Shown here piece by piece: positions 37,966 to 46,399 of a DNA stretch of 64,000 bases. Source of the DNA: Acidobacteriota bacterium (lineage in GTDB: Bacteria; Zixibacteria; MSB-5A5; GN15; FEB-12). The stretch's first letter is position 1, and every line of letters starts with the position of its first letter. A program made the translations under genes and the position numbers. The notes under the pieces were generated by a model. The model ran no database searches. It had not been told where the DNA came from and saw only the letters and a list, made by a program, of their open reading frames with translations. The stretch covers positions 165,401-229,400 of the forward strand of contig DATKXK010000010.1 of NCBI GenBank assembly GCA_035529075.1, in the 5' to 3' direction.

Positions 37966-38172
37966 GTGTATGTCAGGCGGCTATTTTATAGAAGGGAATA
38001 TATACATATCCGGGTCCGTAAGCACCTTCGTGAAAAGTCACGTCGGCACGAAACGACCGGTGAGGAGGTGATAGCCTAACTAACCACTGGGCACCCCTAT
38101 TTCATTGCTAACTGTGGTATATGATTGGTAACTAACTGTGTTCACACAGTAGATGACAATAGGGAGTTTGCC

Positions 38173-38355
38173 ATGCCGAAAAGAAAAGAGGCCGAGGAAT
38201 TTGCAGTCGTAGGAGAGAAGGATTGCTGGCACCTATACGGCTTGCAGGTCCTGTCGCCGAATAAGTTTGTAACAGTTGTTGGGAGAATCCTTCAGGGAAG
38301 ATATTGGTTGATCAATCCTGGAATCCCCGACAAGACCGGCGCAAGGCTGTCATAG
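38173..38355 (+). CDS. orphan 60-aa hypothetical protein in a low-GC islet
   Basis: The ATG follows GGGAG. MPKRKEAEEFAVVGEKDCWHLYGLQVLSPNKFVTVVGRILQGRYWLINPGIPDKTGARLS. A good terminator follows. No recognisable family. Confidence 0.35.
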   Translation: MPKRKEAEEFAVVGEKDCWHLYGLQVLSPNKFVTVVGRILQGRYWLINPGIPDKTGARLS

Positions 38356-38412
38356 GGGCAAAGTTCGGAGCTTCGTCAGCACGGTCCTATTCTTGGACTA
38401 CGACCAAATTCG

Positions 38413-38447
38413 AGGACCTGTCGATCGCGGCAGGTCCTTTATTTTTT
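38413..38447 (+). terminator. Rho-independent terminator
   Basis: AGGACCTG-10-nt loop-CAGGTCCT followed by TTATTTTTT. Confidence 0.65.
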
Positions 38448-38511
38448 GCCTCGCCGGGCGGGCCGGATTTATGTTGACAGTCACCGGCGATTGGTCCTTT
38501 TTCCCGCTCGT

Positions 38512-39252
38512 ATGAGCAATAGCCTGCTGCCGTACTGCCTGATCCTGTTTCTGGCCGCGTTTGCATCCGGTATGGTTATACTGGTGCGGCGCTGGTCGGA
38601 CGAGTTGCTCCACATGTTCCTGGCGTTCGGTGCAGGTGTGTTTCTCGGGATTGTGTTCATCCACCTGATCCCCGAGTCCTTTCCCGATGACCAGACTGCC
38701 ACGGTGGGTTTTTTCGTCCTTGGGGGCTACCTGCTCTTGTTTTTCCTGGAGCGCATTCTGTTCAGCCGCGGCGATCGCGGGTACGAGCACAGCCACGAGG
38801 TACTGGGTATAACGGCCCTGGTGGGCCTGTCCGTACATTCTCTTATCGACGGTTTAGGGCTGGCGGTGACGGCTGCCGATCCGCATCTGGGCCGCCTCTT
38901 ATTCGTTTCGATCCTGGCCCACAAGGTGCCGGCGGCTTTTGCGCTAGCCTCGCTGCTTATCCTAGCCAAGCAGTCGATGCGGCGGATTACCCTCTACCTG
39001 CTGTTGTTTGCATCCATGACGCCGGTCGGGGCGCTCCTGCTGGCCCAGGTATTCGTAAACGGCAAGCAGGACGTACTGGTCCTTATGACGGGACTGGTAA
39101 CGGGATCTTTTCTATACATTGCCACCGGTGAGTTGCTGCCCGAGGCGTTCCACAGCCGCAGGCGGCGATGGGTAAATCTGGTGCTGGTGCTGCTGGGGAT
39201 AGTGGCGATCGGATGGCTGGGGCTGGGGACGTTTCACGGGCATTCCCACTGA
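38512..39252 (+). CDS. ZIP-family divalent metal (zinc) transporter
   Basis: Track ORF 38446..39252, whose 5' part overlaps the terminator. The ATG at 38512 gives an immediate TM helix. Motifs HSLIDGLGLAV and ILAHKVPAAFAL are ZupT/ZIP-like. Confidence 0.85.
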   Translation: MSNSLLPYCLILFLAAFASGMVILVRRWSDELLHMFLAFGAGVFLGIVFIHLIPESFPDDQTATVGFFVLGGYLLLFFLERILFSRGDRGYEHSHEVLGITALVGLSVHSLIDGLGLAVTAADPHLGRLLFVSILAHKVPAAFALASLLILAKQSMRRITLYLLLFASMTPVGALLLAQVFVNGKQDVLVLMTGLVTGSFLYIATGELLPEAFHSRRRRWVNLVLVLLGIVAIGWLGLGTFHGHSH

Positions 39253-39326
39253 CTAATTCCTGCAAACCGGTTCGGCCGTGACGAGTATAACCTGTAACAC
39301 AAACTTGAATCAGTAACCTGGAAGCT

Positions 39327-39842
39327 ATGGTCATCAAACAGACAATCGTTCTGCTGGCGGCCGCGGTAGTGACGGGCCTCGTGGCCAACCTGCTGTCGCC
39401 CCAGCGCATTGATTTCATCGGCAAGTACCGGGACCTGTCCGACGGAGAGGGGCCGCTTGTCCCGCCTGCCGCCGAAGAGGGCGATCCGCCCTTTATCGAC
39501 GTCAACGTCGCACAGCTTGAGTTCTACGCGGGCGACGCCCTGTTTGTCGACGCGCGCTCCGCCGAGGAATTCGAATGCGGCACCATCCCGGGATCGATCA
39601 ACATCCCGTTCGAGTATCTCCCGGAGGATCTTCCCGCGTACTACGACTCCGTCTTTGAGGGTGTCAGCCGCGACCGGTCGATAGTCGTGTTTTGCTCGGG
39701 CGAGGAGTGCGACCTTTCGTTATATCTCGGCCGTAATCTCCAGGATTTCAACTACACGCGTGTTTTCATCTTTTTCGGCGGAGCGCGGGAATGGGGGAAG
39801 TACGGGCTGGACGTGGAGCGGAGGAAGCCATGCGGTCAATAG
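39327..39842 (+). CDS. membrane-anchored rhodanese-domain protein
   Basis: N-terminal TM helix. FVDARS.EEF..G.IPGS.NIP and the active-site loop VVFCSGEECDLS. Confidence 0.8.
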   Translation: MVIKQTIVLLAAAVVTGLVANLLSPQRIDFIGKYRDLSDGEGPLVPPAAEEGDPPFIDVNVAQLEFYAGDALFVDARSAEEFECGTIPGSINIPFEYLPEDLPAYYDSVFEGVSRDRSIVVFCSGEECDLSLYLGRNLQDFNYTRVFIFFGGAREWGKYGLDVERRKPCGQ

Positions 39843-40279
39843 TGGATAACGATTACCTGACCATGTTTTCCCGGGTACTTATCGCCGTGCTCTTCATTTA
39901 CGCGTCGTTCTACAAGATTGTGGAGCCCGCCCTGTTTGCCAAGTCGATATGGTACTACCACCTCGTCCCGGGAAAGCTCATCAACCTGGCGGCCCTGATA
40001 TTGCCCTGGCTGGAGCTTTTCTGCGGCCTGGCCTTGATTCTGGGGATCGTTTACCGGGGAGCGGTAGTCTGGGTCAACGTGATGACGGCGGCGTTCATCA
40101 TAGCTCTGGCTTACACAATTGCGCTGGGGATCGATATCGACTGCGGCTGCTTCAAGGCCGCCGGATCGGCCACCGGGCCGGCGTGGAACTCCCTTTTGCT
40201 GGACCTGGGCATGATCGTGTTCACGCTGCAGTTGCTGTTCAGCCGGTCGCGGCGCTGGCGTTTGCAGCCTCGCTCTTAA
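39830..40279 (+). CDS. DoxX/MauE-like four-helix membrane protein
   Basis: Track ORF 39791..40279. The ATG at 39830 overlaps the rhodanese gene by 13 nt. Four TM helices and a DCGCF motif, as in MauE-type proteins. Confidence 0.65.
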   Translation: MRSIVDNDYLTMFSRVLIAVLFIYASFYKIVEPALFAKSIWYYHLVPGKLINLAALILPWLELFCGLALILGIVYRGAVVWVNVMTAAFIIALAYTIALGIDIDCGCFKAAGSATGPAWNSLLLDLGMIVFTLQLLFSRSRRWRLQPRS

Positions 40280-41559
40280 TCCAGGATGTGCGGCGTGATC
40301 AGGATGAGCAGGTCCGTGGTGGTCTTCTCGACAGAGTGGTGAGAAAACAGCAGGCTGCCCAGCAGCGGGATAGAGCCGAGCACGGGGACCTTCTTCACGG
40401 TCTTGATCTCGTCTTCCTTCAGCAGGCCTCCCAGAGCCACAGTTTCGCCGTCCTGAACGTTGATGCGCGTTCTGATCGAACGTGATGCCGTGATCGGTTT
40501 CTGGTTTCCCGGCGGGCCGTTGAAGCCGATGATATCCTCCACCGTGGGTTCAACATCCAGGGTGACCCGGCCGGCCTCGTTTATGCGCGGCGTCACCTTC
40601 AGCGAGATACCGACCTCCACGTCCTCAAACGTGACGATATCTGAGGTGGCGGCCCCCTCGGTGAAGCGGTTGATGGTTTGAATCGGGATCACCGTTTCGA
40701 ATCTGAACTCCGCCTCGTGGTTCTCGACCGTGGTGATACGGGGGTCCGAGATGAGCTGGCTGTTGCCCTTCTGCTGCAGCAGATCCAGCACCATGCGCAG
40801 TTCGGCCACTGAAAGCTTACCCCAGATCCAACGGCCGCCGTCGACTTCAAGAACCCCGGCGTTTCTGCTGGAGGTGGCGGTCGTGTACGCCGTGCCGGCG
40901 GTGCCGTCGTCGGCGCCGCTCAGTTTGGCGTCGATGGCCGACGGCCAGTTCAGGCCGAGCTGGAGCTGATCGTCAACCTTGGTTTCGATGATCCGTGCTT
41001 CGATCAGGATGGTCCGTTCGCGGACGTCAAGCCGGACCACGAGGTCAACCAGGTCGTCAATGATTCTCGGGTAGTCGGTGATGATTATCCTGTTTGCGGC
41101 GTACGTGTCGGTCGACGTTCCTTCCTTCGCTTTCCGGTCGAGTATGACCGCATGTCCCTTGTCCGAGAGACGGGGTTCAACGGCTTTCCGGGCGGTGACC
41201 GGGTCGAGGTATTTCAGGGTGATTGTCCGGGATTCCAGGTCGCCGGCCTCGGCGGCATCGATGGCCTTTACGACGATGACGTTATTGCGGTGGAAGTACG
41301 TGTAGCCGTTGGCGGCCAGCACGGCGTCGAGCGCCGTGGCCACGTCGACGTTGTCGAGCTTGACGGTGACGTTACCTTCGACGGCCCCGGAGACAACGAG
41401 GTTCAAGCCGTTCTGCTGCGCAATCATGTTCAGGACGGCCACCAGCGGCGTGGACTGAAACTCCAGGGTCAGTTTTCCCTCGGTTAGATTGGCCTGGGCC
41501 GACAGAGAACCTGCCGTCAGGAGTATTGCCATGCTGATGCGAATTATTGCGCGTATCAT
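40276..41559 (-). CDS. pilQ: type IV pilus secretin PilQ
   Basis: Track ORF extends to 41631. The ATG at 41559 gives the signal MIRAIIRISMAILLTAGSLSAQA. Secretin N-domains, and the C-terminal secretin signature VPVLGSIPLLGSLF......TDLLILITPHIL. Confidence 0.85.
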   Translation of the reverse strand: MIRAIIRISMAILLTAGSLSAQANLTEGKLTLEFQSTPLVAVLNMIAQQNGLNLVVSGAVEGNVTVKLDNVDVATALDAVLAANGYTYFHRNNVIVVKAIDAAEAGDLESRTITLKYLDPVTARKAVEPRLSDKGHAVILDRKAKEGTSTDTYAANRIIITDYPRIIDDLVDLVVRLDVRERTILIEARIIETKVDDQLQLGLNWPSAIDAKLSGADDGTAGTAYTTATSSRNAGVLEVDGGRWIWGKLSVAELRMVLDLLQQKGNSQLISDPRITTVENHEAEFRFETVIPIQTINRFTEGAATSDIVTFEDVEVGISLKVTPRINEAGRVTLDVEPTVEDIIGFNGPPGNQKPITASRSIRTRINVQDGETVALGGLLKEDEIKTVKKVPVLGSIPLLGSLLFSHHSVEKTTTDLLILITPHILD

Positions 41560-41563
41560 AGTG

Positions 41564-42013
41564 CTACCCTTTGCTGACGCGAATGGTGAAACGGTCGCCT
41601 CTGTGCTCGAGCGTGACCGTGCCCTGTTCAATGGAGATTACCCTGGCGCCGTTGACGGTATCGCCCACGCTGACCGTGCGCCCGTTCAGGTAGGCCAGAG
41701 GGAATCCCTGGCTATACAGGGTGCCGGAGAGTCTCCAGCCGGGTGACCGGGGCTGTCGTGCAACAACAGGTGATCCCTTCGAGAATTCCGGACTGGCCCT
41801 GAAAGGGTCATTACCCCAGGGTTTGGCCCGGTGCTGCTGCACGTCCAGCGGGGCTCTGATCGTGCCCGAAGCCGTACTTGCCTGAATGACACCACGAGCC
41901 GGCGCCGGGTAAGAGACGGGTTTATCGCTGCGGCCCGGGAACGTGAAGGCTGCCCAGATAACCGCGGCGATGAAAAGCAGGGACACCAGTCTCTTGCGTG
42001 TTTTGTCGTTCAT
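41564..42013 (-). CDS. PilP-like pilus assembly protein (assignment by position and architecture)
   Basis: 149 aa. N-terminal TM anchor, Pro-rich linker and a C-terminal beta domain (VGDTVNGARVISIEQGTVTLEHRGDRFTIRV). Located between pilO and pilQ. Confidence 0.45.
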   Translation of the reverse strand: MNDKTRKRLVSLLFIAAVIWAAFTFPGRSDKPVSYPAPARGVIQASTASGTIRAPLDVQQHRAKPWGNDPFRASPEFSKGSPVVARQPRSPGWRLSGTLYSQGFPLAYLNGRTVSVGDTVNGARVISIEQGTVTLEHRGDRFTIRVSKG

Positions 42014-42573
42014 GTCGTTGCCTCGACGTTGCCCAGCAAGGCCCTGAAACCCACTGAAAACGTAACCTTCCGGTTCACATCACGTGAACTGACGATCTGG
42101 CAACTGTTAATACCGCGAAAGTACGGGGCGCTTTCCAGACCGCCGACGAACCGTCCAAAACCGCGGTAACTGCCGTTGAGTCGGAGCACGAGATTCAGAA
42201 ACTGCGGCTCATCGGGCTGGGCGACTATCCTGTTAAGCTCGAGCAGTTCATTGACCGGCGGGATGATTTCCGTGAGAGTCAGTCCGTGCTCCTCGGCCTG
42301 ATCGGTTATCCTCTCGAGGAGCTTGAGGATGTCCCGCTTCGCGTACAGTGACGACTGAAGGTGCAGTCTGGATTCCTCAAGCTGGCTGCTCACGGCGAGG
42401 AATTCGGGCAGTCTGGCCAGCGTGCGGTTAATGTCGGTCAACTGTGCTTCGACATCCGCCACCTGCTGCAGTACCTGGCCGTGTTCACGATCCAGCGGGC
42501 GATAGACCAGGATTGCCCAGAGGCACAGCAACACCATGCCCACGCAGACATATGCCGCCACGCGTGCTCTCAT
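42010..42573 (-). CDS. pilO: type IV pilus assembly protein PilO
   Basis: 187 aa. TM helix, coiled coil and a ferredoxin-like C-terminal domain. The position after pilMN is typical. Confidence 0.65.
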   Translation of the reverse strand: MRARVAAYVCVGMVLLCLWAILVYRPLDREHGQVLQQVADVEAQLTDINRTLARLPEFLAVSSQLEESRLHLQSSLYAKRDILKLLERITDQAEEHGLTLTEIIPPVNELLELNRIVAQPDEPQFLNLVLRLNGSYRGFGRFVGGLESAPYFRGINSCQIVSSRDVNRKVTFSVGFRALLGNVEATT

Positions 42574-44192
42574 ACTCTTCCCCTTGCGGCGACCTGAAAC
42601 TCGAGCTCGAAAATCCCGTCGACCTGCCGCTTGGTGTGACTCATGACAGCCACGTCGTCGTAGTACGGGGAAGCAGACAGGCTCTCCACGAACTCCGCCA
42701 GGATGATTTCGGGGGGTATGCCTGGATGTACCGCGACACCCTGGATCTGCAGGTTCTGTCCCGGCTGAGTGACGTCATAGCGCAGGGTGTACAGCCGGAT
42801 CGACGACGGTGTCAGGTGCGAGAGTTCCTTGAGGCTAAGGCTGAGATAGCTTGGTGCCGCCTTGATCTTGTCCAGGTAAGACTGGTCGACGGCGATGCGC
42901 TCGTTAAGCAAGTTGTAGGTGTCGAACACCGGGGAATTACGAAAGTTCTTTACCTGCTGAGTCAACTCGTCCCGGTGGCCTTTCACGCGGCCCAGTTGGG
43001 ACCGCTGGAAGAGCGTGACACCCGATACGATGAAGAAAAGCGCGGCCAGGCAGACTACGGCGATCTTGTTCGCCCGGCGGAGGCGCTGCTGGTACTGTCG
43101 CTCCTGCGGGAGCAGGTTGGTCAGCCTTGCCGGACAGACGACCGACGCGAGCACCGGCAGGCACACCGGCAGGGAGACTTCGAAGCCGAGGTTCCTGCCC
43201 CTGACGAACTTGAGTTGATCGGCCGGGAATCGTCGAAACACGAAACCGAAACGATCGGTCAGTTGCTCGACCAACTCATCGGAGTACGACAGGTCACCGT
43301 GGATGAATATCTGGTTGGCGAAGTGAGCCGAGAACTGGCCCGTGTAGTAATCCAGCGAGTTCTGTATCTCGGTGGCCAGGGACTCGCTGAAATACTCGAA
43401 CATTGTCGGATCGGACCGGTTGGCCAGAAAGGCCGACCCGAGTGCGCTGATGTGGAAAAACTCGAGGTTTGATCCGTGATAGTAGGCGATCTCCGTATGG
43501 TTGCGCTCAATGCTGACCAGGGCGTAGTTGGCATCCTCGCGGAATCGCGGCAGCCAGCGCAGCAACTGTCCGATTGCTTCCTGGGCGTGGAACACGTGAG
43601 ACACGCTGCGGTCGATGCGGTCGAACAGCCTGAGATTCTCGTGCAGCATGCGGCGGGTAGCGGCCAGGATGGCGATCCGGGCTCGCTTTATGTCGCCGTC
43701 GGTGGCGGTCTCTACCGTTCGGTAGTCGTACTCGCAGTCGTTAACGGGAAACGGCACCTGCCGCTTGGCTTCAAAGGCGATGGCCGACGCCAGCTCCCGT
43801 TTCGAGACGTAGGGCATGCTGAAGGTTCTGAAGGCCGTGTCCGGGCCGCCCACGGTCACCGACAGCATGGGGCGACGGCCGCCAAACTCTCGTATGTAGT
43901 CGTCTATGCTGTCGGCGATGAAGTCGGTCTTTTCCTCTGGCGAGGCGATGGAGGGAAGCACGTACACCTTGCGGACGTCCAGCAGTTTCCTGCCGTACCC
44001 ATAGTGCATTGCGGCGGCCAGTTGAAGGGAGTCCGCGTCGATGCTGCACGTAACGTGGCGGCCGAAAAGGTGCCACTTTCGCGGGCGGACAGGACGCCAT
44101 GAATAGGATGCCGGAGGTGCCTCGTGCGCCTCGGCGCCCGACGGCTGCGGTGGTTGTGATTTCTTCAGGTCAAGCATCCCTGCTTTTCCCAC
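42570..44192 (-). CDS. pilM: fused PilM (actin-like ATPase fold) and PilN type IV pilus alignment protein
   Basis: 540 aa. The N-terminal ~370 aa is PilM-like. A TM helix (IAVVCLAALFFIVSGVTLF) follows, then a PilN-like periplasmic region. GTG start at 44192, with an alternative ATG at 44177. Confidence 0.8.
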   Translation of the reverse strand: MGKAGMLDLKKSQPPQPSGAEAHEAPPASYSWRPVRPRKWHLFGRHVTCSIDADSLQLAAAMHYGYGRKLLDVRKVYVLPSIASPEEKTDFIADSIDDYIREFGGRRPMLSVTVGGPDTAFRTFSMPYVSKRELASAIAFEAKRQVPFPVNDCEYDYRTVETATDGDIKRARIAILAATRRMLHENLRLFDRIDRSVSHVFHAQEAIGQLLRWLPRFREDANYALVSIERNHTEIAYYHGSNLEFFHISALGSAFLANRSDPTMFEYFSESLATEIQNSLDYYTGQFSAHFANQIFIHGDLSYSDELVEQLTDRFGFVFRRFPADQLKFVRGRNLGFEVSLPVCLPVLASVVCPARLTNLLPQERQYQQRLRRANKIAVVCLAALFFIVSGVTLFQRSQLGRVKGHRDELTQQVKNFRNSPVFDTYNLLNERIAVDQSYLDKIKAAPSYLSLSLKELSHLTPSSIRLYTLRYDVTQPGQNLQIQGVAVHPGIPPEIILAEFVESLSASPYYDDVAVMSHTKRQVDGIFELEFQVAARGRV

Positions 44193-44672
44193 CTAAAACG
44201 TGACGATGATACTGTCGCTTCCGCCCCCGGTGGAAATGATCCGGCGGCTGTCCGGGTCGTACCCGTACGGGTTTCCCCAAGCGTCTGCGAGATACTCGCC
44301 GCCGGCGCCGTCCATATACGGTCCATTCCAGCCCAGGCGGGCCAGGTGATCGTAGGCTTCTATCGAGTCGGGCTTGACCGCCAGGTCGGCCAGAGCTGAA
44401 GGGGCGAATCCGACGTCCCCTTCGAACCCACGGTCGATGTACTCACCGCCTGAGACGGCCGCAGGATTTCCGGTAATGGCTTTCTTCAGGGCCGCTATCT
44501 CCGCCTTGGTAGCGTTGATCTTGGCGCTCTGAGCCATTTCCGTGAATTTCGGGACCGCTACTGCGGCCAGAATTCCCAGGGTAACGATAACGATAACAAG
44601 CTCGATCAGAGTGAAACCGCCCCGACCGAGCTTGGGGTTTTTCCGCACGTTCCCGGGGAACGTGCGGCTCAT
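44193..44672 (-). CDS. type IV pilin-like protein (second, paralogous pilin)
   Basis: The prepilin motif GRGG/FTLIELVIVIVTLGILAAVAVP with Glu+5 follows an 18-19-aa leader when started at the ATG at 44672. Confidence 0.8.
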   Translation of the reverse strand: MSRTFPGNVRKNPKLGRGGFTLIELVIVIVTLGILAAVAVPKFTEMAQSAKINATKAEIAALKKAITGNPAAVSGGEYIDRGFEGDVGFAPSALADLAVKPDSIEAYDHLARLGWNGPYMDGAGGEYLADAWGNPYGYDPDSRRIISTGGGSDSIIVTF

Positions 44673-44676
44673 CTTC

Positions 44677-45105
44677 TTACCACTGATTCTCACCCACAAC
44701 ATTTGTATTGGGCCAGATTTCGCCGGTGGCGGAGTTATATGTCCAGCCGTGAGCTGTTCCGTCGGGCAGCCTGCCGACTCCCGCTACGATCAGATTGGTG
44801 GAATCGGGGTCGGGCTGATACGGATTACCCGGAATCGCCTGTGCCATCACTGTTCCCACCGCCTGAACCTCGACCAGGGTCGGCCAGGTTGCGGTTCCGG
44901 TTTTCACGGCCTCGTTGGCGTAGAAGATCGTGATCCCGGAGCGAAGGCTTCCCAGCGCTGCCCGGCAGGCGGCCTCCCGTGCTTCCCCGGTGATGTTCTG
45001 ATACCGGGGGATGGCCACCGCGGCCAGGATTCCCAGCACTACGATGATAATGACCAACTCGATCAGTGTAAATCCGCCCCGATTTGACAGACGCCTGAGA
45101 TTCAT
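44677..45105 (-). CDS. pilA: type IV major pilin
   Basis: MNLRRLSNRG/GFTLIELVIIIVVLGILAAVAIPRY class III signal peptide. SD AGGAGG upstream. Confidence 0.85.
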   Translation of the reverse strand: MNLRRLSNRGGFTLIELVIIIVVLGILAAVAIPRYQNITGEAREAACRAALGSLRSGITIFYANEAVKTGTATWPTLVEVQAVGTVMAQAIPGNPYQPDPDSTNLIVAGVGRLPDGTAHGWTYNSATGEIWPNTNVVGENQW

Positions 45106-45175
45106 TCGTACCTCCTGGGAAGTATGCGTTCTCTCTATCTTATTGTCGGAAAAGGAGAGGTCATTCTTTACACAC

Positions 45176-46399
45176 CTAGCCGCTGAACACCGTGATCAGG
45201 TTCCACATCGGCAGGAAGATTGCCAGGGCCAGGATCAGGACGAAGACGGCCATTACCAGTGTAAGGGCCGGCTCGATAATGGACGTCAGGTGCCGCGAAG
45301 TGTAGAGCACCTGTCGAGAGTAGTGATTAGCCAGCTCCCTGAGCATCCGTTCCAGGTTGCCTGATTCCAGGCCGACCGCCAGCATCTGCAGTGCCTCGGC
45401 GGGAAAGTACTCAAAGTCGCCGCGAAGTGATTCGATGTCTCTCCCGCGGCGGAACAACTCCTCGAGCCGCGTAATCTCCTGCCCGATGATCGTATTCTTG
45501 ACCGTGCCTGAAAGAATGGAGAGCGATTGCACCAGCGGCAGCCCGGACTTGAAGAGTATCCGGAACATCAGGCAAAAGCGAGCGACGTTTCCTTTGATGG
45601 TCAGGTCGCCCAGGACCGGAAGTCGGAGGAGTAACCGGTCGTACTGCCTGCGGCCGTTGGGTGTATCGATGAATTTCTTGAAACCGACAGCCAGAACGGC
45701 TGCGCCGGCCAGGATCAGCGGCCAGTAGCCGGAAACAAAGTTGCTGATCGCTATGATAACCTTTGTCGCCCAGGGCAACTCGGCGTCAAACGAAGAGTAG
45801 AAACTGACAAACCGGGGGATGACGAAGTTCATCAGCACGAAGAAGGCTGCGAAAATCACGCCGACGACGATGAGCGGGTACCTGACGGCCGTCTTGATAT
45901 GCCGGTTAAGCTCCAGTTGTCGCTCGAGCATTTCCGCAAGCTCGTCGAGGGTATGTTCCAGCCGCCCCGATTCTTCTCCTGCTGCCACGCTGGCCGTATA
46001 TACCGGCGAGAACACGTCACTGTAGTTGGCCATCGCCTCGGAGATGAGCCGTCCCGAACGCACTTGCTCCTGAATGCGATCGACGATGTACTGAAGGCGG
46101 CTGCCCGGTTTGCCCACGTGGATGACCGAGAGAGCCCGAAGGATCGGGATGCCCGCCCGGTGCATGGTGGACAGGCTGGTGGTGAACATGATAAGCCGCT
46201 CGTAATCGGCATCGCGCTGAAGGCCGAAAAGGGGGAAGGGTTTCTTTTCTCCGAGGGCCTTGATCCGGACGGGCAGGAGGCGTCTCTTGCGCAGGTGCTC
46301 TTCGACCTGCTCGATTCCGGGAGCGCTGATGATTCCGCTGGTGTGCTCGCCGGTCTCGGAAACGGCTTTGTACTTATACCGGTCTGGCATTGGGCTCAC
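45176..46399 (-). CDS. pilC: type IV pilus platform protein PilC (GspF family)
   Basis: 407 aa with two GspF repeats and three TM helices. The start may be the Met at 46390. Confidence 0.9.
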   Translation of the reverse strand: MSPMPDRYKYKAVSETGEHTSGIISAPGIEQVEEHLRKRRLLPVRIKALGEKKPFPLFGLQRDADYERLIMFTTSLSTMHRAGIPILRALSVIHVGKPGSRLQYIVDRIQEQVRSGRLISEAMANYSDVFSPVYTASVAAGEESGRLEHTLDELAEMLERQLELNRHIKTAVRYPLIVVGVIFAAFFVLMNFVIPRFVSFYSSFDAELPWATKVIIAISNFVSGYWPLILAGAAVLAVGFKKFIDTPNGRRQYDRLLLRLPVLGDLTIKGNVARFCLMFRILFKSGLPLVQSLSILSGTVKNTIIGQEITRLEELFRRGRDIESLRGDFEYFPAEALQMLAVGLESGNLERMLRELANHYSRQVLYTSRHLTSIIEPALTLVMAVFVLILALAIFLPMWNLITVFSG

